The notes under the pieces: generated by a model
The model's input: the letters and a program-made list of their open reading frames with translations, nothing else
The model's database searches: none
Told to the model about the DNA's origin: nothing
NCBI GenBank assembly: GCA_010909165.1
Contig: MU008199.1
Location: 514,248-578,247 of the forward strand
Length of the DNA stretch: 64,000 nt
DNA from: Anthoceros angustus
Taxonomy: Eukaryota > Plantae > Anthocerotophyta
Direction of reading: 5' to 3'
Program-made: the position numbers and the translations under genes
Shown: positions 1 to 12,700 of the stretch, piece by piece
Layout of the letters: every line of letters starts with the position of its first letter
How positions within the stretch are numbered: position 1 is the stretch's first letter

Positions 1-411
1 CGATGCCTTTTTTGCTGTGGCTCTACCACGTGATGAACGCGGATGTGTTTGTGTTATCGATGGCGGAAACGAACACGATGGGAGCATATGGCGTCTAGAG
101 GGTGGAAAGTGGAGCACAAGCACCATGTCCGCCATCACCTACATCGCCTATAACGGCAAATGTTATGACTAGTGCAATTGTGTAATGAAGCAATGTATTG
201 CGCGGTATTGCAAAGATGACCAAAACATGGTAGGCGCTACAAGGTGACATTTAAGATGTACTCATCGAGGCATGGTGGTCTGCATGTCTTAAAAACAATG
301 TATGACAAGAACATGAAACTTATGCACGGTGTCCGAATTTCAAACCCTATGCCATGAAGAGAAATTAGGGATAAACATAAGGTTCCCTTGTTATTTGCTT
401 AGCACATGTCA

Positions 412-2950
412 TTACTCTTCGCCTGAATCGAGACCCTCGTCCCCGTCCACACAGGCCTCATCTCCATCTTCATCACTGTCCATTGCCTCCTCCGAAGTGT
501 ATGGTTGAATGTGAGGACGGAGCGCACTCAACTTTTCCTTTATAGCTTTCTTATCTGCTGCGTACAGATGTTTCCTGGAAGTGAGCTGAAACCCGTAGTA
601 TATAATAACGGTTTTTCGCACAAAAACCTTTTGGATGTTGGGGGCCCTTTGCACTTTCCCTGACCTTTTTTTGGCAGGTGGTCCAATGTCAGTTTCAGTC
701 CTTTGAAAAAATTCTCCAACATACTTGCCCTCATAAGCATCCGTGTGCTCACCACCAGCAATACGGTTCGGGCCCCAAGGTGCACACTTACAACCTTCGC
801 TACCAACGCCTATTGTGTGTCACCCTCGCGCGGTGTCACAATAAACATTCCTTTCTGTATCTCCATTATATCGCCATCCATCCTTCTTGCCACCTCTTCT
901 TGGCGTTCAATAGTTTGGTAGGCCCCTAGATACATGTCCTGTGTGGTATGTCACGCAAAGAGCCTCCAAAGACAAATTTCTTCCCAGATGTGCAAAGGGG
1001 ACTGGCTCAGCAGCCTATCGCATTCATCTCCGTGGGTTTTGCGAACAAGCCCAATGTTATGATCCACAATATTTGCGATTTCGTGTTGATCATTCCAATC
1101 CATCCACCATTCTTCCTCCACTATCAAATATGTTGGCGCTTCACCCTTTTTCAAGTGATCCACGCCTTCACGTGCGGTCAAACCACCATCACTAGCTTTC
1201 TTGTCCTTCGCCAATGCCATCAAAGGAGCGGGCCCGATGATGTCTGGAACAAAAGTCAAGAACTCGAGCCCATCTTCAGATTCCCACAAGGGGGAAGTGG
1301 AGTATTGCTTATAGCGAATAACGGTAACCTTTCCCCGTCCAACTTTGTCCTCGCGGGTGATTTTGAACTGGTGCTGAAATGAAAGGTTGTTCAACTTCCG
1401 GACCGCAGCTGTATACTTCCGGCCGCCGTTCACTAATTGTAATGGCCATACGTATGTCCGGAAGTCAGCCACCTCTGTCAACACTTTCACCTCTGGATTC
1501 GGGGTGAACGAAGACTTCAATATGTCCTCCATAGTTGGCAATGACCGGGCCTCCTTTGTTTTAATGCTTAGAGAAACAAGAAAACATTTGATCCACTTGG
1601 TCGTGCGTATGCCCCACGAGGAGGAATTCAACCTTCACCTTCTCGAACGTCCCGAGTTCAACGAGCATGTTCAAGTACGCAAATAGAAGCTGGTTCTTGT
1701 TCTCTCGGCATGTATTGTCCATTGCGGTATAAGACTTTGGGAAGTATCCTTCATACGTGTGTATAACGTCACGGATAATAGTTATTGTTAAATTTGCATC
1801 ATTCACGAGATTGGCATAATGCGAATCGCCGCTTTGAGCGATGTAATTATGTATCATGCATCCAACAACATGCCTTTGTGATCCAGAACTATCCTCCTTC
1901 AAGTCCTTTGGCCACCTCAAAATATCTGGCGGAGAAGTTTTTTGGTCCATGCGTCGATAGATAACAACATATATTCTGCGGCTCCTTGTACGACCAGATG
2001 CTTCGTCAACTTCTTCCGTTCCTCCATCAATCGTGTCGATGCTTGTTGAATGCCTCTTGATACATAGCTGTATGTCATGGAACACAATTGTCAGACTTGT
2101 TGGCACCGAAATTCAATATCTTTGAAGACAGCACAGCTATTTGGGAAGACTGAAGTGACGTGCATTGAAAATGAGATTAGAAATTAGGACATAGGCATAC
2201 TGCTGCCTATTATTCGACAATCCAAATGCATAGTGACAGTATTGCATACAATCTGACAGCGCCTGCAGGAAGTCAATGTTACGGCAAGTACCCAAACCAT
2301 GGATTCCCTGACCACAGCAGGAGGCCGGCATGCCCCCCTTCCAACGCTGGAGTGAACCTCCAAAGCAGCTTGGAGGGCACCTGGGCATGCAAGTGTGGTA
2401 GGTTGCCCGGCCAAGCTCGCCTCGGTGGCCACACTTATCCCACGGTCGTTGAATACGAGGTTCGATCCCAAGAGATTTGGTTCGGATTGTTGCAAGTCAT
2501 TCCTCTCACTCTCGCTCTCATCATCCGCCCGGTCTACTTGTCCTCGATGTGGGCAACAAAGCGGTGTTATGCTCGGGTTATCGCCCACGGCGCGCTCCAC
2601 GCCTTCGAGATTCCCTCCACCTCAACACTCCTCTCGCCAACTGCTACAACGATCAATTCACTCTACAACGACACACCCATAACCAACCTCTTCACCATTC
2701 TCAAAGAAACATAGCTCACGACAACCACATAGACTCACTTCATTCGATCCCCAAATCTAACTCTACCATAGCGTTCGCGGTTTGCACGCCTCCCTTGCGC
2801 ACAACCGCCTGGTGACGGGTTAGTTGGTATTTCTCTCGGGCGATTGCGTACGAACACCGACGCGGTAGTCGAGCGCCACCCCGCAGGGGCCACCCACAGA
2901 ACACAAGCACATCCAACAACAATCTTTCACGAGAGGAGGAGCTGCGTTGG
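412..2950 (-). mobile_element. Degenerate Sola-like (DUF7869-type) DDD/E transposase gene, frameshifted
   Basis: Minus-strand ORFs 1561-2106, 951-1631 and 412-654 carry 'IDxMDQK', 'DNTCRENKNQLLFAYLNMLVELGTF' and 'EFLLVGHTHDQVDQMFSCFS'. This DNxxxxNKN ... GHTHxxxD pattern is characteristic of the family. Acidic C-terminal tail. The 5' boundary is approximate. Confidence 0.7.
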
Positions 2951-3062
2951 CGAACCCACCGCGAGGGCCTCACGAACCCCACCCTTCGCCTTCTCGCCGC
3001 CATGACGACGGTCAATCACACACACAAAGGGATGGGAGAGCGAAGAATGCATGACAAAGCAA

Positions 3063-3308
3063 GGTCGGTGTTTATTCATTCTTCCACCCTCCCTTTTATA
3101 GGTGAAGTCGGCCACTCGTGCTAGTTTAATGCTAGGGCGACTTGCCAAGTCCAACAATAGGACTTTGTCACTTACCTTTCGTCCTCTCAGCTCCCACTCA
3201 CCTTGACGAATATCCTATCTGTCATACGCCGCCACTCTTAAATACTCACACTTCCCAAGGTGTGCACCACTTGGGACAAAACGTCCCACCGAAAAGGTCC
3301 CACCGACA
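3063..3308 (-). repeat. LTR-like 246-bp unit
   Basis: Ends are (G)GTCGGTG ... CACCGACA, an inverted terminal repeat with one mismatch to TG..CA. The minus strand contains TATAAAAGGG followed by AATAAA. It lies downstream of the minus-strand ORF at 3500-7545. No partner LTR in the window. Confidence 0.45.
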
Positions 3309-3499
3309 TCCCACGTCACGCTTTTGTTAGCCCTCGCTTCAATGTCTTCCCCTTGATGGGTCGTTTAGCCTTGCCCACCTCCGTGAGTCCGTGACTGCCG
3401 TAGCACTCCACGCCTCACCGGTAGGTCTTCCAGTGGTAGGAGGTTCCATTCCTCCTACTCGTTCATCCTCGATGGGTTCCTCCCCACTCTCGCCTTCTT

Positions 3500-6400
3500 G
3501 GTAGGCGGTTCGTCTCCTACCTCTGTTTGGATCTTGCTATGGGGTACCTTCCCTCACACTGGTTTCAGGACCGGAGGTACCCTTCCCGGGGTCACCTCCT
3601 CCTCTTCAGCAGTTCCTACAGTAGGAACTTTGGTACCATCCTACCATCGCCTCTTCCTCCCGCTTGATAGCTCCACCGTCTCGGGAGGTTCCCTCGGCCG
3701 CCGGGTGCTTCTTGACTCGCTCGTTCGGCTATGTCCAGCCCGCTTTCCTTGTACCAACTCAAAGTTTGACCTCCGGTTGCCATTCCACTTGGCCGTAATG
3801 TTGAGGTCTGCTTTCCTCCTCGTAGCGTTCCTCAATCGCTTCTAGGAGGTTGTTGTAGTAGGTCGCCACCCTACCACTCTCCTTCTTTTGTCGTCCATGA
3901 TGCGGACCCTTAGTGGGATGATGACCTCGTCCCACCGGCGATTTGTCACTCCTACCAATGCGGCCTCTTTCTCCACTACCGCTCCTCCAACCTGTGGCAA
4001 GCCTCCCAATCTCCTTATCTTTCTCCATGGCTTCCATCGCCATGCGTTTCACTATGGCGCGCCGCCTCGCTCCCTCGAATGACACGAAGACCCTCCAAAG
4101 ATCGTTGGGCCATCAAAACTTCCTTCCGGCCTTCCTTGCCTCCGTTTCATAAGGCGTGGGTAAGGTCGTCGGCCTTCTTCGTTCTTGCTCCAAAAGTTCT
4201 CTCGCACGAAGCTCCTCTTTGTGACCCTTAGTCACATTGTCCCATCCTTGTCGTTCCTTCACCAAGTCGTCGATTTTCCCTTGTAATGCTCCTTCCGTTG
4301 CTCCATGGCAACTAACTTCTTCGTAGGAGGTCCTTCTCGTCTTCAAGGTCCCACTGGCCTTGCTAGTAGATGCCGCCCTCCTTGCTGCGTTCGATGTGTC
4401 CTACCCTTGCTAGGGTAGCTTCCAACTTTCCTTGCCTCCTCCTTCCCGCTTCCAACTCCTCGGCCTCTTGGCTGATTTTGCCTCTGTCCTAAGACACAGT
4501 CAATCATTTCCCACACATTCACCAACTTGGTGGTCATCCCGTCGCTCTTTGGCGGATCTAGCAGTGTTGCTTCTCGGAGGTGGTTTTGAGCTCCTCTCAA
4601 TTTCTTCTCGGCATCCTCCGGCTCCTTTCGTAGGTCTCGAAGTTCAACGAACTTGCCACCTCCCGACACGGTCCACTAGGGCGTCCATAGATCCTGCGCC
4701 CACTTCCTTCACCAAGAACTACCTCTGAGGATGCCTTCTCGAACACTTCCCTCTGCTCCTCCTGTTGGTGCGTAGGTCACCAACGCCTCGGCGTTCTCCG
4801 CCACCCGCCTCAAGTAACAAGTCTACTTCTTTAGGAGGTAAAGCTCCCCGTAGGTCCTCCGTCCTCCCCGGTCCCACCGAGGGGGTTCACTCCCTACCAC
4901 GGTGTTGTCGGCCTACCAATCCTCAACCCTCGGTAGGTGGTCTCGTATCCTTTCCTCCTTCCTCCGTAGGAGGTGCTTCTATAGCCTTCTTCCCTTTCTC
5001 TTGTTGGGTTCACGATCACGAGGCCTCATGTTGGTTCAGGGCGTGGCGGTCTCTTGCCCGGGGGCCTCTGCACTCTCTTCATCCTCCGGCTCCTTTCGTA
5101 GGTCTCGAAGTTCAACGAACTTGCCACCTCTGACCACGGTCCACTAGGGCGTCCATAGATCCTGCGCCCACTTCCTTGACTCGGCAACTACCTCTGGGAT
5201 GCGGCATTCTCGAACACTTCCCTCTGCTCCTCCTGTTGGTGCGTGGGTCACCCGTTCCTCGGCGTTCTTCTCGTCACTGCCTCCAGTCTTGTTACTACTT
5301 CTTTGGTGGGAGGTAAAGCTCTACCGTGGGTCCTCCGTCCTCCACAGGTCCCTACCGTGGGGTTCACTCCCTACCACTTGTGTTGTCCTTCCAATCCTCA
5401 ACCCTCGGTAGGTGGTCTCGTATCCTTTCCTCCTTCCTCCGTAGGAGGTGCTTCTATAGCCTTCTTCCCTTTCTCTTGTTGGGTTCACGATCACGAGGCC
5501 TCATGTTGGTTCAGGGCGTGGCGGTCTCTTGCCCGGGGGCCTCTGCACTCTCTTCATCCTCAGGGGCCGGTGGCTCTCCTTCACCCTCACGAGTAGCTTC
5601 TATCTTGGCTTCTTCCATTCCACCAAGAACCTCCTCCTTGCTGCGTTCGATGTGTCCTACCCTTGCTAGGGTAGCTTCCAACTTTCCTTGCCTCCTTCTG
5701 GCGGTTTCCAACTCCTCGGCCCTCTTGGCTGATTTTGCCTCTGTCCTAAGACACAGTCAATCATTTCCCACACATTCACCAACTTGGTGGTCATCTGTCG
5801 CTCTTTGGCGGATCTAGCAGTGTTGCTTCTCGGAGGTGGTTTTGAGCTCCTCTCAATTTCTTCTCGGCATCCTCCGGCTCCTTTCGTAGGTCTCGAAGTT
5901 CGGCCGAACTTGCCACCTCCCGACACGGTCCACTAGGGCGTCCATAGATCCTGCGCCCACTTCCTTGACTCGGCAACTACCCTCTGTGGGATGCGGCATT
6001 CTCGAACACTTCCCTCTGCTCCTCCTGTTGGTGCGTGGGTCGTTCCTCGGCGTTCTTCTCGTCTGCCTCCATTGGGCTCAAGTTGTTACTACTTCTTTGG
6101 TAGGAGGTAAAGCTCCTGTGGGTCCTCCGTCCTCCACAGGTCCCTGTAGGGGTTCACTCCCTACCACCGGTGTTGTCCTACCAATCCTCAACCCTCGGTA
6201 GGTGGTCTCGTATCCTTTCCTCCTTCCTCCGTAGGAGGTGCTTCTATAGCCTTCTTCCCTTTCTCTTGTTGGGTTCACGATCACGAGGCCTCATGTTGGT
6301 TCGTGGCGGTCTCTTGCCCGGGGGCCTCTGTCTGTCTCTTCATCCTCAGGGCGGTGGCTCCCCACCCTCACCCGAGTAGCTTCTATCTTGGCTTCTTCCG

Positions 6401-7545
6401 GCTCGTCATGTAAGAACCTCCTCCCTCGATATAGGTGTCACGAGGTAGAGACAAAGCGATTCTTGCTCCCTCCATCACCAAATGGTTCCGTGCGCAACCG
6501 CCTGTTTCATACGTAATGGTGGCCCAATCCACCAACTTCCCCGACATCTCATACATCATCATTAAATGGGAATTTCCAGTCGTCTTCCTTGCCGCGTTAG
6601 TCCTAGTCCCATATCTTGGCGAATAAATTCCACTTCCGCTCCTTGAACAAAGAGATCCTCCAGCCATTGCCTTGCGACCATACTTCCTCCTTTGGTCGTA
6701 GGAACATGCTCATAACCTCCTCGGGATCGATTCTTGGAGAATCGAATCGCCGAATGATCCCTCCCTTGTGGGCTTCCGTATCAAATCGTATCCGGAAATG
6801 CCGTACCTTCCACATCCCGGGATGACTTGTCGCATCCTCCGGAAATTGGTCCGCCTTGGTCACTCTCATTCGTCACAAGACACTCGAACCAAGGCGGGGC
6901 TGCAAAGTGCCACCCAGTACCAAGTACAGCCATTCCATCTTCATCTCGGCGCCAGAAGGCGAACGCCTCAAATCTCGAGGTGAAATTTGGGCGGCCTACA
7001 CTCGAACTTCGGGGTGGGTGTTTCTTACCTTTTCCCTTTGTGGGCGGTGTGGCGGAGGTTTCCTCCCGTGGGAGTACCCCGTTCCGCCCCTTACCTTCAC
7101 CATCCGCATGTGGGAGCACACACAAGGATAGCAAAATTGGAGAGATTGGAGAGTAATCTATCGGGCTAAGAGAGTAGTGAGCAAAGAGGTGGTGGTTTGG
7201 GTGAGATAAGCAGGGAAGACTTCCGTGCTCCTCAGCAGTCGGCCTCACACCACCGCCAAGAGGTGGCCTTGGCCCCTTCAATCTCCCTCCAGCTCCACCC
7301 GCCGCCTCACGCTGGCGGCTCTTCCCTTGGCGCCTCTCAACAATTGCTCCTCGAGCACCTTCACTGCACGCCAGGACCTCCACTCCGCTCCAGCACGCCT
7401 CACGCCAGCTCGTCCGATAGCACGCCTGCCGCCGCTCCTTATCGCCGCCGCCCGCCGCTGGCGCCCTTGACGCCGTTCGCGGCCTCTCCAGTAATCGATC
7501 AAGACGCCGCCACCGCCGCCTTCCTTCCTTCGAGCGCAACTCCAC
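3500..7545 (-). pseudogene. Frameshifted TE-associated ORF (globular N-terminal domain plus long E/R/K-rich repetitive tail)
   Basis: Consecutive minus-strand ORF pieces 6781-7545, 6603-6869 and 6383-6667 ('HPGMWKVRHFRIRFD', 'GNGWRISLFKERKWNLFAKIWD', 'GKLVDWATITY') are followed by coiled-coil-like pieces down to ~3640. It resembles, from memory, accessory ORFs of bryophyte retrotransposons; unverified. Confidence 0.5.
4350..6420. repeat. Nested tandem duplications, X-A-A-Y-X-A-Y
   Basis: Block A ('cggctcctttcgtaggtctcgaagttc...') starts near 4619, 5087 and 5875. Block X ('ccttgctgcgttcgatgtgtcctaccc') is at ~4380 and ~5637. Block Y ('cctcaggg..ggtggctc...cgagtagcttctatcttggcttcttcc') is at ~5558 and ~6345. 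Confidence 0.9.
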
Positions 7546-8479
7546 TTACTCGGCCACCGCTGTTCAAAAACGCCTGCTCAAAACCCTCAAGCTAACAGAT
7601 TTGGTGTACATGCAAATGCCTTAATGGTGCTCCTCACGATGGGCGCCACGTGTCCGGTTCAAAACTCGTAGCTATTTTCTATCTACAACTTAACTAGCCC
7701 TTTTGGCATATATAGCGGAATCTAAATAATTGAAGGCCAAGGAACTTCCTATCCCGAATATTCCTACTTCCCATGGTCAAGGAACTTTCGGAACCTATCA
7801 TGCCTATATATGCTTCTATCTACCCATACTTCCCCGATCGAACCTCCTCATGCGCTCGATTAAGTCCGAACTCCCCTGACGTCCTACCATCTTCCTACAT
7901 TTCTATCGACCTACCTACCTACCTGCACTGAACAACTACTACCCAATCTGCGTCGTCTCCCCGTGTGTGCAGGGTGACCAAATGCTTGCTCCACATGCAG
8001 AGTGCCTGGGGAGGGAGGACGCTTGCGCCTCCTCTGTACACAAAATGCACCCGTAGTTCACCGCTTAGAGTGCCTTGAGCGTCGCCATCTTATCCATCCA
8101 CTCCACATGGGGGCGCTGCATGCTCGCGCCTCAGTCTGAGTGTATACATGGCGTCCCTCTCGCCACAAATGAGGCACGGCTGCGCTCGCATGCGCCATTG
8201 GAGTGCAAGGCCATCCCGGAGCCCTCCACGGCACAAAAACGGGCGCCGGAGCGGCCGCCAGTTTATCGCAGGAGGCGGCGCCATGCGTGCCTTCACGAAC
8301 ATTATGGTGCCGCCATGCCGGCTCCTTTTTCTGTGCGGTGGAGGGCTCCGGCACTGTGCCGTACAAAGCAACGTGTCGGGCGCCAGCACGGCGGCTCCTG
8401 ATATGTCACCACCACGCTAACGATTGCAGGGCTCGTCCATCCACTGCTAACTCCCTTCATTACTCCACATGCCATGCCA

Positions 8480-9330
8480 GCATGGAATGACCATGCATAG
8501 GCGGGAGGCTACCTGTAGTCAATCAAGCATCGGTGTTCGTATGTTGAACTTCAGCCCGTGCATATGGAATGTTGAGAATCTGCTTGACTTGGGTATCTTC
8601 ACCGGCAATTATGACCCCACACGTATGTAAGATATATGCATACGACACAAAGCGTTCACCTTCGACTCCATTCCACTCCTGTGTATTGTGTCAAACCTCA
8701 TGCTTAGTGAAATTATACGGTAGATTGTATACCTCCACATTGGTGATCGCTCGGCCAAGTGGAAGGAAAGTGGCATCCATCCGTGCAATTGCAGCCAAAT
8801 CATGGGAGGATTGTATGCAGTGGCCTTATTAGCGTCCATGGTGCATTGAATAACTCTCCGCTTCAACTCCTCGTACCTTGGACCCTATACGGATACGTCA
8901 CGAAGGCTTTCAAACAACATTGCATAGGAATCGACCCATGAGGTGAGTGAAAACCATCGCCTTGTTCCGCTCGAAATCGGGCCCGCCTGGCAGATTGCAA
9001 TGTTTCTTGCTCAGATGCCCATTCTCAGAAACCTGTACCGTTGCTCATGAAAAGCTTCTTTTGTGAACTTGCGGATGCACAATTTGTTGCAACAAGGCTT
9101 TGAAATCCTCTCCACAATCGCCTTCACTTTTCCTCAAAGACACACCAACCGCTCAGTACGCATGGAAGCCCACATCATTTGCTAAGTGAAGGTATTGTCG
9201 CCAAAGGCTTCGGATAGTAGTAAGTGACGGCAGATCGGCCGGTCAAACTTCTCATTCGGTGGGGTGTCACGAAGACATTATCCTCATCTGCATTAGGCGT
9301 CCCCTCATCTTGATCTTTGGAAATAATGAT
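8480..9330 (-). mobile_element. Second Sola-like/DUF7869 transposase relic (N-terminal half)
   Basis: Minus-strand translation across frameshifts gives 'CCNKLCIRKFTKEAFHEQRYRF', 'YNLPYNFTKHEV' and 'VKIPKSSRFST', matching the cysteine-rich N-terminal region expected upstream of the catalytic core seen at 1561-2106. Confidence 0.5.
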
Positions 9331-9759
9331 GAACAATCCCCTCATGGCTTCTAATCCAACGCTTTGACACATACTTTCCTCCTTCGAATGAGCTTCTATC
9401 AGGCGAGTAGAGGTTCGAGGTTCACGGAAATCGAGATATATAGAGCATCACAGAAGTGTGTGAGTTCTTCTCCACCACTGGACTGCAACCACGCATCACA
9501 GGATCGAGCCACCAACACAAACCTATGTCATAGAGTATGTGAGGCAAAACCAATGACTCGGCTTATTTCAGCTAATGACAAAGAATCCATACTTTATGTA
9601 GAAGCGGCAAGGACTTTGGGCTGGCCGAGGCGGAGGGGCCAGTGGCCTTGCCTTTCACTCTGTTCACGGGATCGGTACTCTTTGGGCCATGAAACATCTT
9701 GATTTGCCCAAAATCTTAAAATTCCAGCGGATTACCTGGACCGCATCTACATTTTGTCA

Positions 9760-12700
9760 GCCAATGACATCGCAATCGTTGGTCTCAGTTCACACACTCA
9801 AGAAGGCCTTGAGCGATGCTTTGCTTCTATCAATACATGCCTATTTCATTTCTTGACGATCGTTGGCCGTTACACTGGTTGACAACTGTGGAGGCATACG
9901 TGTTAATACACAGAGGAGAAGGGTGTGAGCCAGCGGTTGTGCCGAAGGAGAGGCATTGTGCATCTCCGCGGGTCATCTTGGAGCAACTAGCCATGTGATT
10001 TATGGGGCAAGACATCCCGAGTGTTGGGGGGCACAGCAGCAAATAAAAAGCCTCATGTTTGTGTCCGCGTGCACACCCCATCGCGGGGTTGCACTAATTA
10101 CCCGAGTTGTGGGGTGTAAACAGTCGTGGGAATAATTTGTGGGCTGGGAATAGAAAGCTTGATTAGTATCATGGTTTGTGGGGCATAATGGCAGCTACCA
10201 TGAATACTGTGAAGGCATGCGGAAGGCTCCCCAAGCCAGCCCGAATCGTTCGATGAGGTGAATTAGTGATACGTCTCATTCTCTACACGAGTTGAAGCGG
10301 TCGTTAGGCGTGGGCTTAATTGGTGGTAGTTGTTTGTGTGGACCACGCGACTTGTCGAGAGCTACCCAAGTGGGCGTGAGGAGGGTGAACCCGAACTGTG
10401 GGATCTCGATCTGGAATCAAGTGCCGGGAGATCGTGGCGGGGCGGGGTGTTGCTGTTGGAAAAGGAGGCTAGCGTGAGGGCGCCGAACACGTCGTGGCCG
10501 ATCATGGGGAATTTTGCGGCGGCCGACTGGGACGCAGTTCGGACTTGGGGGAGGAAGGCGATGCAACCGGAACTATGGCTGAGTGGAGGCGCGCGAGAGA
10601 TGTCTACAAGACAGCGGTGTGGAGTGGGCAGGAGGGAGGTGGGGGAGTGAGGGGACGAGGGCAGCGGAGTGGATGGCGTGGGCCAGGGGCTTGGGTCAAT
10701 GGGGCTGATGGATGGATGGGAGGAAGGCGGAGGACGCCGCCCCGAGGCGCGTGAGCGGGCCAGTGCGAGGGCGGGTGGAGGCGGGGCTTAGGCGCGAGCT
10801 GTGGGAGGAAGGGATGGAGGGGCGGGGCCGTGTCTTGTGAGCGCGAGGTCACGAGGGCAGGCGGAGGGCGGGCCGAGGCGTAAGTGGAAGCGGAGTGGGA
10901 GGAAGGCGGAGGGCGGGCCGTAGTGTGACCTTTAATAAAAAGAGGATCAAGTGAGGGCGCCAGGCCGGAGGCGGGGCGGAGCCAGGCGTGGGAGGCAAGG
11001 CTGAGGCGGGGCGGAGATGGCGATGAGGGACGGGCGGAGGCCGAGGTGTGGCCAGCGAGGCCTTGAGCGTATGGTGGTGGTGGCGGAGGAGGCGGCCGTG
11101 CGGAGAGGGGGAGGATGGGGGCCGAGGCGGAGATCAGGAGGGATGGGGATACGAGAGGAAGGAGAGTGGAGTGTCGGAGGTGGGGCGATCATTACGCCCT
11201 CAAAATCACTGAAGCAGGAGGCGTGAGTGTGGAGGAAGGAGGCAGTCGGGAGGGTGCCCTTTCAGTGGAACTTTGAGGAACATCGCAGGGGGTAGAGGCA
11301 GGGGCGATTTTGACATTGAAAGGGCTCATGGTTAGTCCGGGATGCACCGCACATGCAGACGTTGAGGAGTTAGGCGTCGGCACGTGCCGGGATGGCGAGG
11401 CTTCTCAGCCGGGTGGGTGAGAACACGAGAAGACGCGTCTGCAACCAACCCTTCGCCCATCCTACAAAATGTCTCCCATCCGCGGGCAAAGTGTGAGAGG
11501 CGCGGGAGTGAGGATTGTGCGAGCAACATCGGGCGGCCCGGTAGGTTGCTTGTGCTCAGGAGGCGGTGGCGGCGTAGCATTAGCCATGACCGGCACGTGA
11601 GGCCCATGGAAATGGGCATGAATCAGCAGATTGCGCGTCGTGGGTGCAATACGAAACAGAACAAATGTACATGTGGCACAATGACATCGCAATTTGGTAT
11701 CTCCAGCTCGTTACACACACTCCAAGACGCCTTGAGCGTATGTGATGCTTTCTATATTCGCGCTATTTCATTTCTTGACCAATATCGTTGGTTGTAAACT
11801 GTGAGGCATACGGTTGGTACAACCGAAGGAGGCATACGCCAGTTGTACACAGAGGAGAAGGCATTGTGCATCTACGGGCCATCTTGAGCATCCGAAGGAG
11901 CCATGGCATTGCCCAAAGCGACTCCGCGTCATCTGTTGGAGCAAAGCCCATGTTTCTAGCATTTATGGGAGCCCCATCGCGGGGTTTATCCCGAGTGTTG
12001 GGGTGTAAACAGGGACTGTGGTTGGAATATTTGAATAAAAAGCCTCATGTTAATGGCAGTACATGAATGTGAAGGCATGAGGCACCCCATCGTCACGAGG
12101 AATTAGTGATACGCTATTCTCTACACGAGTGGCGAGAGTTGCCGTAGGGTGTAAAGTCGAGGCTACGGCGTGAGGTGGTGAACCCGCCTGTGGGATGCGA
12201 ATATTTGAAAGCTTGATTAGTATCATGGTTGTGGGATCGCAGAAACGCGAGGAATACTTGTGGAAAAGGAGGCTAGCCCCCCAGCCAGAGCCAGCCAACA
12301 CGGCAATCGTTCGATGAGGTGAATTAGTGGAGGATTTCTGCGAAAGCTCTACGTTGAAGCGGTCGTTGGCGTGGCTCGACTTGGTGAGGAAGGGATGACC
12401 GAACTATTCCCATTGCCGTGGAAGGCTAAGTGGGCGGAGAGAGATGTCTGACAAGACTGCAACGAAAGTGGGAGGGGCCGGGAGGGGGGAGGTGGGGGGA
12501 CGAGGGCGCGGGAGATGGCTGGCAAAGGGGTGTTGCTGGGGCTTGGGCCAATGGGGCTGATGGAGGCTAGCGGAGGACGTCCGCCCCGAGGCGTGAGTTC
12601 GTGGGGTGCGATGCAACGGAGTATAGCGCGTGGAGGCGCGAGAGATGTCTTAGCGGAGCGGTGTGTGGAGGAAGGTGATGAGGGCGGGCCGTGCGGAGTG

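Noticed and set aside
1-170. Short open frame at the window start
   Set aside because: Truncated, with no recognisable motif.
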